A stretch of 64,000 nt of DNA from a virus (IMGVR_UViG_3300027563_000002:46041-110040), one strand, 5' to 3'. Positions 9,048 to 18,833 are shown, numbered from the stretch's first letter. The notes: a model not told the origin generated them from the letters alone. Program-made: numbers and translations.

Positions 9048-9967
9048 CGGTTGAGTGATTCATTCAGTCCTTGAATCACACGTTGTATTTGTTTTAATCG
9101 TTGATAATGTTGTTCAGATTCGCGCCCGCGATAGTAAGCACTGCCTTCGGCGTAGTTGTAATCGGGATCACGGCGTTGCTCAGCATCAGCCACCAGTTCA
9201 TCAATGTTGGGGTATCGGGCAGTCAAATCACGACGATGTTTTTCGGCATCATGTGCGGGAGGTGTGTATGGTTGGCGTCTTGCATCTGCACGTGCCAGGC
9301 CCCGCTCTCTTTTGGCAATGGTCTGATCGGCTGCTGCAACTGCGGCAGGATCGTTACGGTCAAAGAATCGGTTTGTCTGAGCCATGGCCCTGCTCATGGT
9401 GGCTTTTTTACCATAGTCGCCTAGGCTGACTTCCGCCACACCTCGTTTTCGTGAGTTAACATAGGCTTTGTATTCTTTTTGTGCCGCTTGATGCACTGCA
9501 TGATTTGTAGTGAAATCTTTATACTTGTCGCCCTGCTTCAATACCCATGTGGCAAAGTCAAACCACTTGACCCCGGTATCATTATTTGCCTCCGCCACAC
9601 CTTGCTCCGGCAATACGCCTTTAGGACCTGCCATTGGTTTTGTTTGAATTTGCTTCTTAATTAAATCGTGCTTGTCTTGGTCAGGTCCAGCAGATGCCAT
9701 TATATCATCAAAGTCTCGGGTGGCAACACGCAACCTCTCCATGTCTTTGTTAGTCCATTGACGATCTTTCTTGCTGCCTTCCGCCATGCCTCGATCGGTA
9801 CTTTCGCCACCGCCATCTCCACCGCCTTCACCAGATTCACCACTGCCATAGTAACCATAACCTGGAAAGAAGTATCCACCCATTGCCCTTGAAGATTTTT
9901 TCTTTCTATTTTTCTTTGCCTCTTCAACACCTGGTTTTTTATTATTGAATAAATCGTTGATGATCAT
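9032..9967 (-). CDS. Putative head-internal modular protein
   Basis: Short modules separated by GVEE, GMAE, GVAE, GVAE and LNE. Confidence 0.65.
   Translation of the reverse strand: MIINDLFNNKKPGVEEAKKNRKKKSSRAMGGYFFPGYGYYGSGESGEGGGDGGGESTDRGMAEGSKKDRQWTNKDMERLRVATRDFDDIMASAGPDQDKHDLIKKQIQTKPMAGPKGVLPEQGVAEANNDTGVKWFDFATWVLKQGDKYKDFTTNHAVHQAAQKEYKAYVNSRKRGVAEVSLGDYGKKATMSRAMAQTNRFFDRNDPAAVAAADQTIAKRERGLARADARRQPYTPPAHDAEKHRRDLTARYPNIDELVADAEQRRDPDYNYAEGSAYYRGRESEQHYQRLKQIQRVIQGLNESLNRSHLP
9431..9442 (-). repeat. GVAE junction repeat GGTGTGGCGGAA
   Basis: Exact GGTGTGGCGGA copies at 9431, 9590, 13869 and 38008; variants at 9779, 13152, 13563, 14052, 17252, 25791, 25977, 36977, 37187, 37393. 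Confidence 0.85.
9590..9601 (-). repeat. GVAE junction repeat GGTGTGGCGGAG
   Basis: Seen directly in sequence. Confidence 0.85.
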
Positions 9968-9969
9968 GA

Positions 9970-10902
9970 TTATCGTTCTTCTATGTAATCTGTGTCGGAG
10001 TTGCGTTGCTGTGCTTGGCGACGAGCTTGAAACAACTTCACGGCTATACCAGCATCATCCAGGCTGCGAAAGCGACTGGGCAATGTCTTGCCACCACGAC
10101 GCAGTTCATATCCTTGATCATCATCGCCACAACATTCCAAGGCCACACCGTCGGCCATTTCAAATGTGGCCACAGGCGCCTGTGGTGCGCCAAGTTTGTT
10201 GGCCACATCCAGTTCAGCAGCATGTGCCACTTCGGTATCGCCAGGATCTGACGGACCTTGCATGGCAGCAGGATCTGTATCTATTTCTTCATTCAAATCC
10301 AATTCACTGTGTGGGAAAGCCATGTAACTGTTGCCATTCTCATCACCAGCACGTATTACAAATACCCCAGCATCATCATCACCGGACTCGTCTTGACCAA
10401 TTTCCCAGCCCATTGCTGCCAAGGTGTCCTGTGCCTTGGCCATTTGTTGTTCTGTGCCGTTCCACCATTGCGCAGCTAGTTGACGCAGAATTTCTTCCTC
10501 ATCAGGCTCACGGTCGTCTCCACCAGGCAACGCAAATTCATCAAGATCTTCTTCGGCCTTGCCCTTTTGTACAGCGTCAACTGCTTTGTCTTTCAAGTCA
10601 CGGTCAACATGCACCTTCTTTTCCAACCGGTCCAGATATGTTGTGAGGTCTCGTTTGACCTTGCTGATCATGTCTTCTTCAATCTCGGCCATGGCTTCTT
10701 CCAGTGCAGTACGCTTGGGCTCCACGGAGTCGCCGACCATGTAGCCATCCATGGGATGAGCAGGGTCTGTTTTTGAGCCCAACGCACGAATGTTACGAGG
10801 CTTGAACAGTGCAGGCAACTGTGGTACCTTTTGTTGTGCTGGACTCAATCGGCCTTCCACTGTGGCCAGTCGGTCTAAGATTGATCTGATGTCGTTGCTC
10901 AT
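9970..10902 (-). CDS. Acidic putative head-internal/core protein
   Basis: Start MSNDIRSILDRLATVE; LEE/IEE/LDE/LNE sites; ends DYIEER. Confidence 0.6.
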   Translation of the reverse strand: MSNDIRSILDRLATVEGRLSPAQQKVPQLPALFKPRNIRALGSKTDPAHPMDGYMVGDSVEPKRTALEEAMAEIEEDMISKVKRDLTTYLDRLEKKVHVDRDLKDKAVDAVQKGKAEEDLDEFALPGGDDREPDEEEILRQLAAQWWNGTEQQMAKAQDTLAAMGWEIGQDESGDDDAGVFVIRAGDENGNSYMAFPHSELDLNEEIDTDPAAMQGPSDPGDTEVAHAAELDVANKLGAPQAPVATFEMADGVALECCGDDDQGYELRRGGKTLPSRFRSLDDAGIAVKLFQARRQAQQRNSDTDYIEER

Positions 10903-11339
10903 GCTCGTTGGTCTTTCAGATAACTGCGCAGTTGCCATTGATACTTGCCGTGTTGACCCAGGCGTCCTGCCACGAAGTCAGCAATGCCCTGTTGGTTTTC
11001 TTGTTCAGCAGCAGCAAAGCATTGGTTCAGTAGGTCGATCATTTGTTGGGTGTTGGCCAGCAGTTCTTCGATCATGAGTCGGGCACGTGGGATACGGCTT
11101 TGTTCATTAATCACAGTGAGTTCGGCAAAACGTTCCATGCTGCCGGGAGCGTATTCGTCAAGATATCTAATGTATTCTGCTGTTTGATCTAGTGCACCAT
11201 AGGCGTCTTCGTAGATTTCCTGGAAAAAATTATGCAGTTCGCTGAAGTCAGGACCTTCCACATTCCAATGAAATTGGTGTGCTTTGAGGTAGTAGACAAA
11301 ATTAGTTGCCAATAGAGTTTTTAAATTGTCCGCGAGCAT
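10899..11339 (-). CDS. dps: Dps ferritin-like DNA protection protein
   Basis: KAHQFHWNVEGPDFSELH and D..AE..R ferroxidase signature. Confidence 0.93.
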   Translation of the reverse strand: MLADNLKTLLATNFVYYLKAHQFHWNVEGPDFSELHNFFQEIYEDAYGALDQTAEYIRYLDEYAPGSMERFAELTVINEQSRIPRARLMIEELLANTQQMIDLLNQCFAAAEQENQQGIADFVAGRLGQHGKYQWQLRSYLKDQRA

Positions 11340-11520
11340 GTTTGTTCCTTTTATATTCCTTGGGCGTGTTAGGCGTAGGATCTAATGCAGTCGTATATTT
11401 ACCTGTCAGCAAGGAACCGCCAGATCTTGATTGCATGCCTAATGCTGACTCAACAGGGGCAATACCGCCTGCTGTTGTGGCGCCCACTGACGCCGATTCC
11501 ACAATTTCATGGGCTCTCAT
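11302..11520 (-). CDS. Small putative virion protein
   Basis: Starts MRAHEIVE (capsid-targeting-like). Confidence 0.55.
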   Translation of the reverse strand: MRAHEIVESASVGATTAGGIAPVESALGMQSRSGGSLLTGKYTTALDPTPNTPKEYKRNKHARGQFKNSIGN

Positions 11521-11803
11521 GCCATATCTCCAGTATGTTGTCTTTCCAAATACGTGCTGGACCATGGACCACACGTATATTTCGAACTTTGAGTCCAGCC
11601 CCACTGCTGGTGATCAATTGGTACTCAATGGGGTACTGCCCAGGAGCGGCTCGCACAACAAATTCTTCTTCTAAGTAAGTATTTTGCCAAATCCATGTTC
11701 TTTCAGTAAACAGTTCTTCATTGACAAACAGTCGATACACAGGAGGTTCTTTGCTCCATTTGCAGTAAACATCACAAAGAACTGTTATATCATAGGTGTG
11801 CAT
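11507..11803 (-). CDS. Hypothetical protein
   Basis: ORF tiled in operon. Confidence 0.6.
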   Translation of the reverse strand: MHTYDITVLCDVYCKWSKEPPVYRLFVNEELFTERTWIWQNTYLEEEFVVRAAPGQYPIEYQLITSSGAGLKVRNIRVVHGPARIWKDNILEIWHESP

Positions 11804-11811
11804 ATCAAATC

Positions 11812-12975
11812 TCAGTGGAACATCAGGAATTGATTGGCCACGTCCAGTCGGCTGGCACCTAAATCACCGTGTCCTGCAGGGAATACCACAACGTTCCATT
11901 TGGGAGCAGGACCTTCGGGTATGCGATTCATCTCGTCATATGTGATCACAGTGTTGGGATCAATATTGTACTTGGCACCCAAGTCTTGACGGAACTGCTG
12001 CCAGGCTCCTGCGCTCTTTACTTGTGTGCGGCCTTTTTCATCTTTCACATACTTGCCCTTGGCATCGGTCACAAACAAGTCACGGAACATGTCCTTGGGC
12101 AAGGTCACAGCGTCTTTCACATGCCGGCCAGCATCACGCTGTAGTTGAACTGTTTTGACTTCACGGCTCTTGGCACCTGGTGAGAACTGTTTGACCACGT
12201 TGTTGGGTGTGTCAGGGTCTGTTACTATTTCGCCCATCTTGGTGTAGAAATAGAATTTTACATCAGGATTGTTCCGGGCCACATCCATCATCAAGTTGTA
12301 GTATTCTTTTGAAAAGAAGTCACCAGCGTCATGTATGCGCACCAACAGCTTGATGCCATTCTTGCTGGCCAATGCAGCGGCTTTTTTGACTTCACCGTCA
12401 AACTTTGCCATGTAGTCTGAAGGATGATTAACCAAGAAGTTCAAGGCCTGTGCCGCGCTCATTGAGCTGGCTGGGAACATCACATAGCCGCCTTTTCTGG
12501 CATAGCAGTAGGTTTGGCATTCGCCAGCACCTGGGCAGGTGATCACTTCCACAAACTCACCGGTTTCTTCATCTACCACAATGCCACTCAAGGCCGGCAG
12601 GGTCAAGTCATATGTGATGGCGCCTTCTTGTTTGCTCTTGGCCATTTTGGCATTGGTGCCCAGAATCTGTCTTGGCGGCTGCATGATCTGACTTTTCAGA
12701 TCCGCCAGATCCCACTCTGTGCCACCGTCGTCTCGAGTGATGGCCTTGATATTGCTGCCGTGTATGATGGGCTTGAACTTGTCAGCCTTGGTCTTGGTGC
12801 CAGTCTTGATACGAGTGGCATAGTCTTGCATGTCTTGTTTTGACATCGCACGTTGAGGCGCATCCAGTTTGAGTGCTTCGTCTGTGGCGCCTTGTTCCAC
12901 ATTCAGTACTTTGATGGGAAATCCACCCAGGGTTGGGCCGCGTTCGGCAGCTTCTACAATTTGTTGTATTCTCAT
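11812..12975 (-). CDS. Phage GP88-like (radical-SAM-related) protein with capsid-targeting-like N-terminus
   Basis: CPGAGECQTYCYA, RIHDAGDF, FYFYTK; starts MRIQQIVE. Confidence 0.65.
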   Translation of the reverse strand: MRIQQIVEAAERGPTLGGFPIKVLNVEQGATDEALKLDAPQRAMSKQDMQDYATRIKTGTKTKADKFKPIIHGSNIKAITRDDGGTEWDLADLKSQIMQPPRQILGTNAKMAKSKQEGAITYDLTLPALSGIVVDEETGEFVEVITCPGAGECQTYCYARKGGYVMFPASSMSAAQALNFLVNHPSDYMAKFDGEVKKAAALASKNGIKLLVRIHDAGDFFSKEYYNLMMDVARNNPDVKFYFYTKMGEIVTDPDTPNNVVKQFSPGAKSREVKTVQLQRDAGRHVKDAVTLPKDMFRDLFVTDAKGKYVKDEKGRTQVKSAGAWQQFRQDLGAKYNIDPNTVITYDEMNRIPEGPAPKWNVVVFPAGHGDLGASRLDVANQFLMFH

Positions 12976-15938
12976 TTTCTTTTGGCCTTTGCTCTGCCGG
13001 CTTTCATGTTGGCCAGCCAGTGGGCCATGCGTTGCTTTTCACCTGATGAATTCTTTGCTGTTTTACGCAGACTGCTGACTGACGCTTTGGTATCGACTCC
13101 CGAGCGTTTGGCCAGGCCTTTGCGTCCAGGATTCTTACCGTCAGCAAAGTTTTCCGCTACACCTTGCTGTATTGTGCTTAGTCTAGCAAGTTCTTGTTCG
13201 CCTTCAGGAGTCAAAAACCAATAGCCGTCAGCATCTACAATCCATCCAGCATCATATAAACTGTCATACACTCTGCTTTGAGCACGACTTAGGCTTTGAC
13301 TATCTTCTTGAAATCCCAATCCATGATCATTTGCAACTTCAATAGCTTTGAGTAGCAAGGCCTTGCCATAACCTTTACCGCGCACATCATCAGTCACTTC
13401 TGCCTGATTGTGTACGTCATCAGTTTCGGGATCTCTAAAAAATGAAAAATGCCCAACATTTTTTCCATCAGCGATTGCAGTGACAGTAAAACTACTTTGA
13501 TAATTGTCAGTAGATGCTGTTTGGAATTGTACTGTCGAAGCGTCAGCTTCATGAACCTGGTCTTCCGCCACGTCTTGCTTGTTGGACCAAAGCAATTGGC
13601 CTTCTTCTTGTGCTATGAGGTGTATGTTGTATCCTGGATGGGTGGGTTGTATGTCATAGTTGTCAAAGTGAGAAGATAATTTTTGTAATATTCTCACCAC
13701 GCCAAGATACTGATCACCCACAAGATCATCAGGTACCACTACCAAGATATCAGTGTCACTGTTTTTACGATGTTTGCCTGTGGCACGACTGCCATGGAAC
13801 CAAATTTCTTGTGCTATGGGCATGACTTTGAGTATGGCATCAACCACTGGCTGACCTGGTTGTTTGCCCTCCGCCACACCTTGTTTCAAATAGCCCCATT
13901 CGTCCTTGCTTGTACGATCACGCCTGGCAATGTCTCTGCCTTTTAGTTGATCTTCTCTGCGCTTGTCGCCCGCGGCACGTAGTTTAGCAACCTTGCCATC
14001 ATCTTTATTAGCAAGACGACCTGCGGTATTGACCATGGCATTGCTTTCGCCTGCCGCCACACTTTCTTTGACCACAGCAGGCACTGTTTCGTCACCCAGC
14101 AGGTTCAACAAAAATGTTCTGTGATGTCCGTCTTGCAAGTGATATGAGCCATCTGGCAGGGCAGACACTGTGATGGGATTCTTTTGTACAAATTGTCGTA
14201 GGCGTTGTTGGGCAGCAGGATCGGCCTTTAGCGCATCCACCAGTTCGCGCATGCTCATGTCTGGAGACACCTGCATGCCAGCAGCATGAGTCAACACATC
14301 TGCTGCTTGTTCTATATTGACGCCTTGTGTGCCAATGGCACCATTGGCCCGGCGCACATTGGCAATGGGAAAATTCTCAATGTCTTCACGCAAGTTCACA
14401 GTCTTCATCAACAGACCAGGCTCGCCATTGCGACCTGTGTTCAAGGCCAGCTTGTTGGCTTCCCGGCCAGTCTGTCCAGGTTTGATATCCACACTCAAGG
14501 CCATGGCATACTGTGGCATGGCAGCTTCACGCTTGTTCTTGGGAATATATCCTGATGCACCTTCGCCCAAGGCCGGCAATTCAAAATGTTCAGGATGACT
14601 GTTGGCCCAGTCACGCATGATGATGCCTGCTCGTGCATTGGCATCATTTTCCCAACGTGATCCAGTTTCGCCCGCGTCGTCAGGCAAGCCGTTGTATTGT
14701 TGATTTTGACTGCAATGCACCAGTTCATGTGCCACAGTGCGCAACACATCCAGGATATGACGATTGGGCATGCTGACATTGAGTGTGTGGCTGTCAGGAT
14801 CGTAACGACCAAAACTGTGATTGCGTGTGCTCCATTCAGGATCGTTGTGCAAATGAATTTTGGGCATGGGATCAATGCCCAGTTCTGTGGCAGTGTGTTG
14901 AATAAACTCCTGTACCAGATTGGTTTCAGGAGAGGAATCTTCTAAAAATTGTTTGGTGCTGGCAGCCACGCCATCTTCTGAACTGTAGGGCTGACCTTGA
15001 TGCCCTTCTTCAACTCCGCCAGTCCAGGGCTTGACAGGAGTTCGAGCTATCTTTTGAATTTTTTCTTGGCGTTCAGCTTCGCGCTGTTTTTTTACTTTTT
15101 CGTATTCATAGGGACTGCGAAATACTTCTTGTTTCGATGTTTTGGCATCAGCATCAACGGCTGCTCGCATGTCTGCCCAACTGGCTTCGTCAACTTCTGT
15201 GCCATAGCCATAACGAAATGGCCTTGCAGGAGTTTCACGCAGGCTGAGTTCTCGATCTTGTTGTGCGGTCATGGCATCTTTGAGCAACTTGATGCAACCA
15301 CTGTTGCGCAACAACTTGAAAGAGATATTTTCACAACCAAATTCGCCTTGTTGTTCAAGACCGCTTTGGCGCATGGTCTTGATCTTGTTCCACAGTGTGC
15401 TGATGGTTTTTAAATTGTGTGACTTGACGGCGGCATGTATTCTGGCATCCAGGTCTGCTGTTTTGTCACGCACACAGGTGTCATCTATCTGAGCACGTTT
15501 GCGCTGTGGTACTTGACGCCACTCTGAATCCTGGATTGAGTAAATGCCTTGGCTGTGATGTGGCTGATCTGCAGACTGCACATACAGTTCTACATCAGCG
15601 CCACCAATCCGTATGTTGTGCTCGTTGTTGTACTGATACTTCTTGGCTGTGAACAATTCCTGGTACACAGGATTGTCGGGCATTTCTACCACAAGATGCA
15701 GATCAATGTCTGAATTTTTTGTATAGGAGTAGGCTGCGTTTGAGCCTGATATGGTGATGTCTTGGATGTTGAGATTGTCAACACCCAAGAATTCTTGAAA
15801 GTCTGCTGCAATGGTCAGTAGCTTTTCACGCACTTCGGGCAGCAAGTGCTCGTCTCGCCCCCAAATTCTGGGGTTGAGACGGCGGTGAAATTTTACTGCG
15901 TCGCCAAGATTGTAGGAGTCCAACTCATGAATGTTCAT
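12972..15938 (-). CDS. Polyvalent multi-module protein (NTase, HExxH metalloprotease, ParB-like, MNT NTase, GNAT)
   Basis: GSNAAYSYTKNSDIDL; AHELVH; DGHHR; HGSRATGKHRKNSDTDIL; RGKGYGKALL; modules joined by xVAE/GVEE. Confidence 0.8.
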   Translation of the reverse strand: MNIHELDSYNLGDAVKFHRRLNPRIWGRDEHLLPEVREKLLTIAADFQEFLGVDNLNIQDITISGSNAAYSYTKNSDIDLHLVVEMPDNPVYQELFTAKKYQYNNEHNIRIGGADVELYVQSADQPHHSQGIYSIQDSEWRQVPQRKRAQIDDTCVRDKTADLDARIHAAVKSHNLKTISTLWNKIKTMRQSGLEQQGEFGCENISFKLLRNSGCIKLLKDAMTAQQDRELSLRETPARPFRYGYGTEVDEASWADMRAAVDADAKTSKQEVFRSPYEYEKVKKQREAERQEKIQKIARTPVKPWTGGVEEGHQGQPYSSEDGVAASTKQFLEDSSPETNLVQEFIQHTATELGIDPMPKIHLHNDPEWSTRNHSFGRYDPDSHTLNVSMPNRHILDVLRTVAHELVHCSQNQQYNGLPDDAGETGSRWENDANARAGIIMRDWANSHPEHFELPALGEGASGYIPKNKREAAMPQYAMALSVDIKPGQTGREANKLALNTGRNGEPGLLMKTVNLREDIENFPIANVRRANGAIGTQGVNIEQAADVLTHAAGMQVSPDMSMRELVDALKADPAAQQRLRQFVQKNPITVSALPDGSYHLQDGHHRTFLLNLLGDETVPAVVKESVAAGESNAMVNTAGRLANKDDGKVAKLRAAGDKRREDQLKGRDIARRDRTSKDEWGYLKQGVAEGKQPGQPVVDAILKVMPIAQEIWFHGSRATGKHRKNSDTDILVVVPDDLVGDQYLGVVRILQKLSSHFDNYDIQPTHPGYNIHLIAQEEGQLLWSNKQDVAEDQVHEADASTVQFQTASTDNYQSSFTVTAIADGKNVGHFSFFRDPETDDVHNQAEVTDDVRGKGYGKALLLKAIEVANDHGLGFQEDSQSLSRAQSRVYDSLYDAGWIVDADGYWFLTPEGEQELARLSTIQQGVAENFADGKNPGRKGLAKRSGVDTKASVSSLRKTAKNSSGEKQRMAHWLANMKAGRAKAKRK
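13869..13880 (-). repeat. GVAE junction repeat GGTGTGGCGGAG
   Basis: Seen directly; precedes the MNT module. Confidence 0.85.
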
Positions 15939-15944
15939 AAGTTG

Positions 15945-15950
15945 TATTTA
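15945..15950 (-). promoter_or_regulatory. Late promoter box TAAATA
   Basis: Hexamer recurs upstream of many genes; resembles T4 late TATAAATA; 6 nt from ATG. Confidence 0.7.
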
Positions 15951-15953
15951 CCG

Positions 15954-16880
15954 TTACACTGCGGCAGCGGCTTTCTTGCTCTTTTTGCTTGATGCCATTA
16001 CCACAGGTTCGGCTGTGGGCACTGGATCAACAGCCAGTTCATGTGCTGTGGCAGGCAGCTCAACAGCCGGCGCCGCAACAATATTGGGCTCAAACATCAC
16101 TTTGAGATCCTTGTACAGTTGCTCGTGTGTGTTGTAGTCAAATGTGTATGAGCCCACATGACGCAACAAAATGCGCTTGTCCACATACACTTTGCCGCCC
16201 AGATCACGCCAGTTTTCACAGAATGTCCAGTCTTCCGAGTAGTAGCGATTTTCGCGCACAGCAGTATCAAAATAGGTTTTCATGTAGGGATTCAGTTCTG
16301 CAGGCAGACCAATGTCGTTGTTGAAAGGTCTAGTGGCAGGATGCTCATTCAATTTCTCAAACACATCACGCTTGATCAACAAGAAGCCTGTGCCTGTTTT
16401 TGTGACTTCAATCAGCTTGCCATCCGGTTCGTCGGGCTGTCCAGGAATGCCGTTCACACACCATTTGACTGGCAGACTCTTCATGGGATACAATCCACCG
16501 ATCACGTCTTTTTGTGCATCCAGCATGACCAACAGGTGCCAGGGTTCCCAGCCAATGTCAGCGTCAATAAACATCAAGTGTGTGCTTTCTTTGTTGTGCA
16601 AGAACTTGGCAGTAAGAGTGTTTCTGGCACGTGATATCAAGCTCTCATTGGTCATGGTTTCCACTGTCCAGTCAATGTTCAGTTGACGGCACATGTTGGC
16701 CCATTTGATATAGCTCATGAAACACTGTTCGGTCAACTGTCCACCATAACAAGGCATACAGATATGCACTCGTGTGGTACGCAAATAGTCAATATTTACT
16801 TGTATGTTGTTCTGATTTGTTTGTACAGGATCAGTTGGGGGTACAGTAGTAGGCACTGCATCAGCTTGGGTGTCAGACAT
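15954..16880 (-). CDS. GT-A fold glycosyltransferase-like protein
   Basis: MPCYGG, SRARN, MFIDAD (DxD), GTGFLLI, SEDWTFC. Confidence 0.75.
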   Translation of the reverse strand: MSDTQADAVPTTVPPTDPVQTNQNNIQVNIDYLRTTRVHICMPCYGGQLTEQCFMSYIKWANMCRQLNIDWTVETMTNESLISRARNTLTAKFLHNKESTHLMFIDADIGWEPWHLLVMLDAQKDVIGGLYPMKSLPVKWCVNGIPGQPDEPDGKLIEVTKTGTGFLLIKRDVFEKLNEHPATRPFNNDIGLPAELNPYMKTYFDTAVRENRYYSEDWTFCENWRDLGGKVYVDKRILLRHVGSYTFDYNTHEQLYKDLKVMFEPNIVAAPAVELPATAHELAVDPVPTAEPVVMASSKKSKKAAAAV

Positions 16881-16904
16881 GGGTTCTCCGTTAAAATGTG
16901 CTAG

Positions 16905-16910
16905 TATTTA
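16905..16910 (-). promoter_or_regulatory. Late promoter box TAAATA
   Basis: Intergenic, upstream of GGAG RBS. Confidence 0.65.
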
Positions 16911-16936
16911 AAGATTATAACAGAGGGTGTTATTTT

Positions 16937-17848
16937 TTACGACCGACGTTCTTCCACATAGTCTTCATAAGTGGCAGCCCAGCCTTGGTTTTCGTTTGTT
17001 TTGGGTTGACTACGAGCAATACTTATAGTGTATCCTTGCAGTCCTTTTTTGGATAATATGTTGTCCACAAATTCTACGGCTTCTTGAGAAGTGCTAAACT
17101 TGTTTCCAAGATCAAGGTGTTTAGTATCATTACCAATTTTTACAATAGCTATAAAATTGGGTCTGGCAATTTCCTGTGCGCCTAAAGCGCCAGCGGCAGC
17201 CATGCCCGCGGCAGCAGTTGTGCCTTGAAGGAATCCTCTGCGGCTGATGTCTTCTGCCACGCCGCCAATGTTCTGATCAAATATACGCACAATATCCTGT
17301 GCGCCTGCTGGATCTTTTTGCGTTGAAGGATACAGGCTCATTACCAGAGCCATACGCCGTTTGGGAGTCAGCTGAGGCCAAGCTGCACGAATTTGAGAGG
17401 CTGATGTAAATGCGCCAGGTCCAAATTCTATTGTGGGCAAATACGCCATGTAGGCATGTTTGCCAAATGGTTCCAGTCGCTTGGCACCCAACAACGGCTG
17501 CAAATAACTAGCAGATCCGTCTTTTTTTACACCGCCAGCATGTGGAGGGTTAGCAGCATCTTTTTCTGACCGTACAAAGATAATTGTGTCACGATCGGGG
17601 TTGTATTGACTGGTAATTTCCATGGCCTGAAAAGGTGACTTGACCTGCACAAAGTGTCCAGGTTCTACACCTGCAGCATAGGCAATCTTTTGTTTTTCTG
17701 AGATATCAAAAGGCCTGTCACTTTTGTCATTGGTAGCAGCCACATACACTTCGGCATCAGGAAAAGCTCGTTGTGCCGATTGATACAGGGCCAAGTGTCC
17801 TGGATGAAAAGGGTGAAAACCCCCGGGCATGATTACTACAGTTGTCAT
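16937..17848 (-). CDS. Cytidyltransferase-like (HxGH) protein with C-terminal Tat-signal module
   Basis: PGGFHPFHPGH; GGVAE followed by DISRRGFL. Confidence 0.75.
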   Translation of the reverse strand: MTTVVIMPGGFHPFHPGHLALYQSAQRAFPDAEVYVAATNDKSDRPFDISEKQKIAYAAGVEPGHFVQVKSPFQAMEITSQYNPDRDTIIFVRSEKDAANPPHAGGVKKDGSASYLQPLLGAKRLEPFGKHAYMAYLPTIEFGPGAFTSASQIRAAWPQLTPKRRMALVMSLYPSTQKDPAGAQDIVRIFDQNIGGVAEDISRRGFLQGTTAAAGMAAAGALGAQEIARPNFIAIVKIGNDTKHLDLGNKFSTSQEAVEFVDNILSKKGLQGYTISIARSQPKTNENQGWAATYEDYVEERRS

Positions 17849-17854
17849 AAACTG

Positions 17855-17860
17855 TATTTA
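17855..17860 (-). promoter_or_regulatory. Late promoter box TAAATA
   Basis: 6 nt upstream of ATG 17848. Confidence 0.7.
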
Positions 17861-17863
17861 GCG

Positions 17864-18310
17864 TCACATGTTTTCCAGCAACCACAGATAAAAAGGTGTA
17901 GAAAATTCAAAACTGATTGTGCCATTGCAACCAGCTGTGCCAAAAAATTGATCTGATATTTCGGTCCGTGTGCCATTGAAATTGTGATGATATACCGACT
18001 TTTCGTAAATCACCTGATCAATATTGATGCCATCAACGGTGACATTAGATATTGTCAATGTGGCATCTTTGACAATATTTCCTGTTTCGTCAACCTCAGT
18101 ATGATCAGCAGTTTTGCCTGACATCACAATTTGAAGGCTGTGAGAACTGTCATCATCGGCCAGCTCATGTTCAACATGACATAGACCTTCAACATTAGTA
18201 TTGGTATAGAATATTTTGCCATCTAATAGAACTTGCACACCCAATGATGCCTGAGCATCTGAGGTGTTGATATCGAACTCAATTTTGATTTTGTCCATTT
18301 TGTCTTTCAA
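17864..18310 (-). CDS. Hypothetical protein
   Basis: 148 aa beta-rich ORF. Confidence 0.6.
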   Translation of the reverse strand: MKDKMDKIKIEFDINTSDAQASLGVQVLLDGKIFYTNTNVEGLCHVEHELADDDSSHSLQIVMSGKTADHTEVDETGNIVKDATLTISNVTVDGINIDQVIYEKSVYHHNFNGTRTEISDQFFGTAGCNGTISFEFSTPFYLWLLENM

Positions 18311-18669
18311 TAAGTTATAGTAACAGCGTTGATGGTACCGCCCGAAAAGCCTTCAACTCGCACTCGCATCCAGGTAAAATTACCAGTCACAGTGGCAGGA
18401 TGGTAATCAGTCAATGGAATGGTACTGCCGTCGCCATACACAAATGTTTCAAACCAATTGGCTTCTGCAGGATTGTCATCCAAACAGGCTTCCAGATACA
18501 TGATACCTTCAAATTCTGCCACAGAAAAAAGCACAGTTTGTACACTGCCGCGTCCGCGATAGTAGTTGGCGGCGGTGACAGGATCACTGGACCAGTCTTG
18601 GCTAGAACCGTCATAGTTGCCCGCGGGCGTACCATAAACGGTGGTACCAAGAATGATTTGTGTGGTCAT
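18307..18669 (-). CDS. Hypothetical beta-sandwich protein (possibly structural)
   Basis: 120 aa ORF, GNFTWMRV. Confidence 0.6.
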   Translation of the reverse strand: MTTQIILGTTVYGTPAGNYDGSSQDWSSDPVTAANYYRGRGSVQTVLFSVAEFEGIMYLEACLDDNPAEANWFETFVYGDGSTIPLTDYHPATVTGNFTWMRVRVEGFSGGTINAVTITY

Positions 18670-18833
18670 TAAGCCTTGTCCGCTTCCACAACAACACCTG
18701 CACCAGCCAGCTCTTCAGCTACTGATTGCAATGCAGCCACAATATCAGCAGTAGCAATTTCGCCACCAGCATCGTCATCTCGGATCAATTTTGATAGTTT
18801 GATCACAACTATTTCTTCGTGAATTTTTGCCAT
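18669..18833 (-). CDS. Small hypothetical protein (54 aa; not in ORF track)
   Basis: MAKIHEEIVVIKLSKLIRDDD...EADKA fills the gap; TAAATA at 18841-18846. Confidence 0.7.
   Translation of the reverse strand: MAKIHEEIVVIKLSKLIRDDDAGGEIATADIVAALQSVAEELAGAGVVVEADKA

Noticed and set aside
8965-9060. Twister ribozyme suggested by plus-strand GGTCCTAAG
   Set aside because: I could not build the P1/P2 stems or both pseudoknots; kept only as an unassigned structured element
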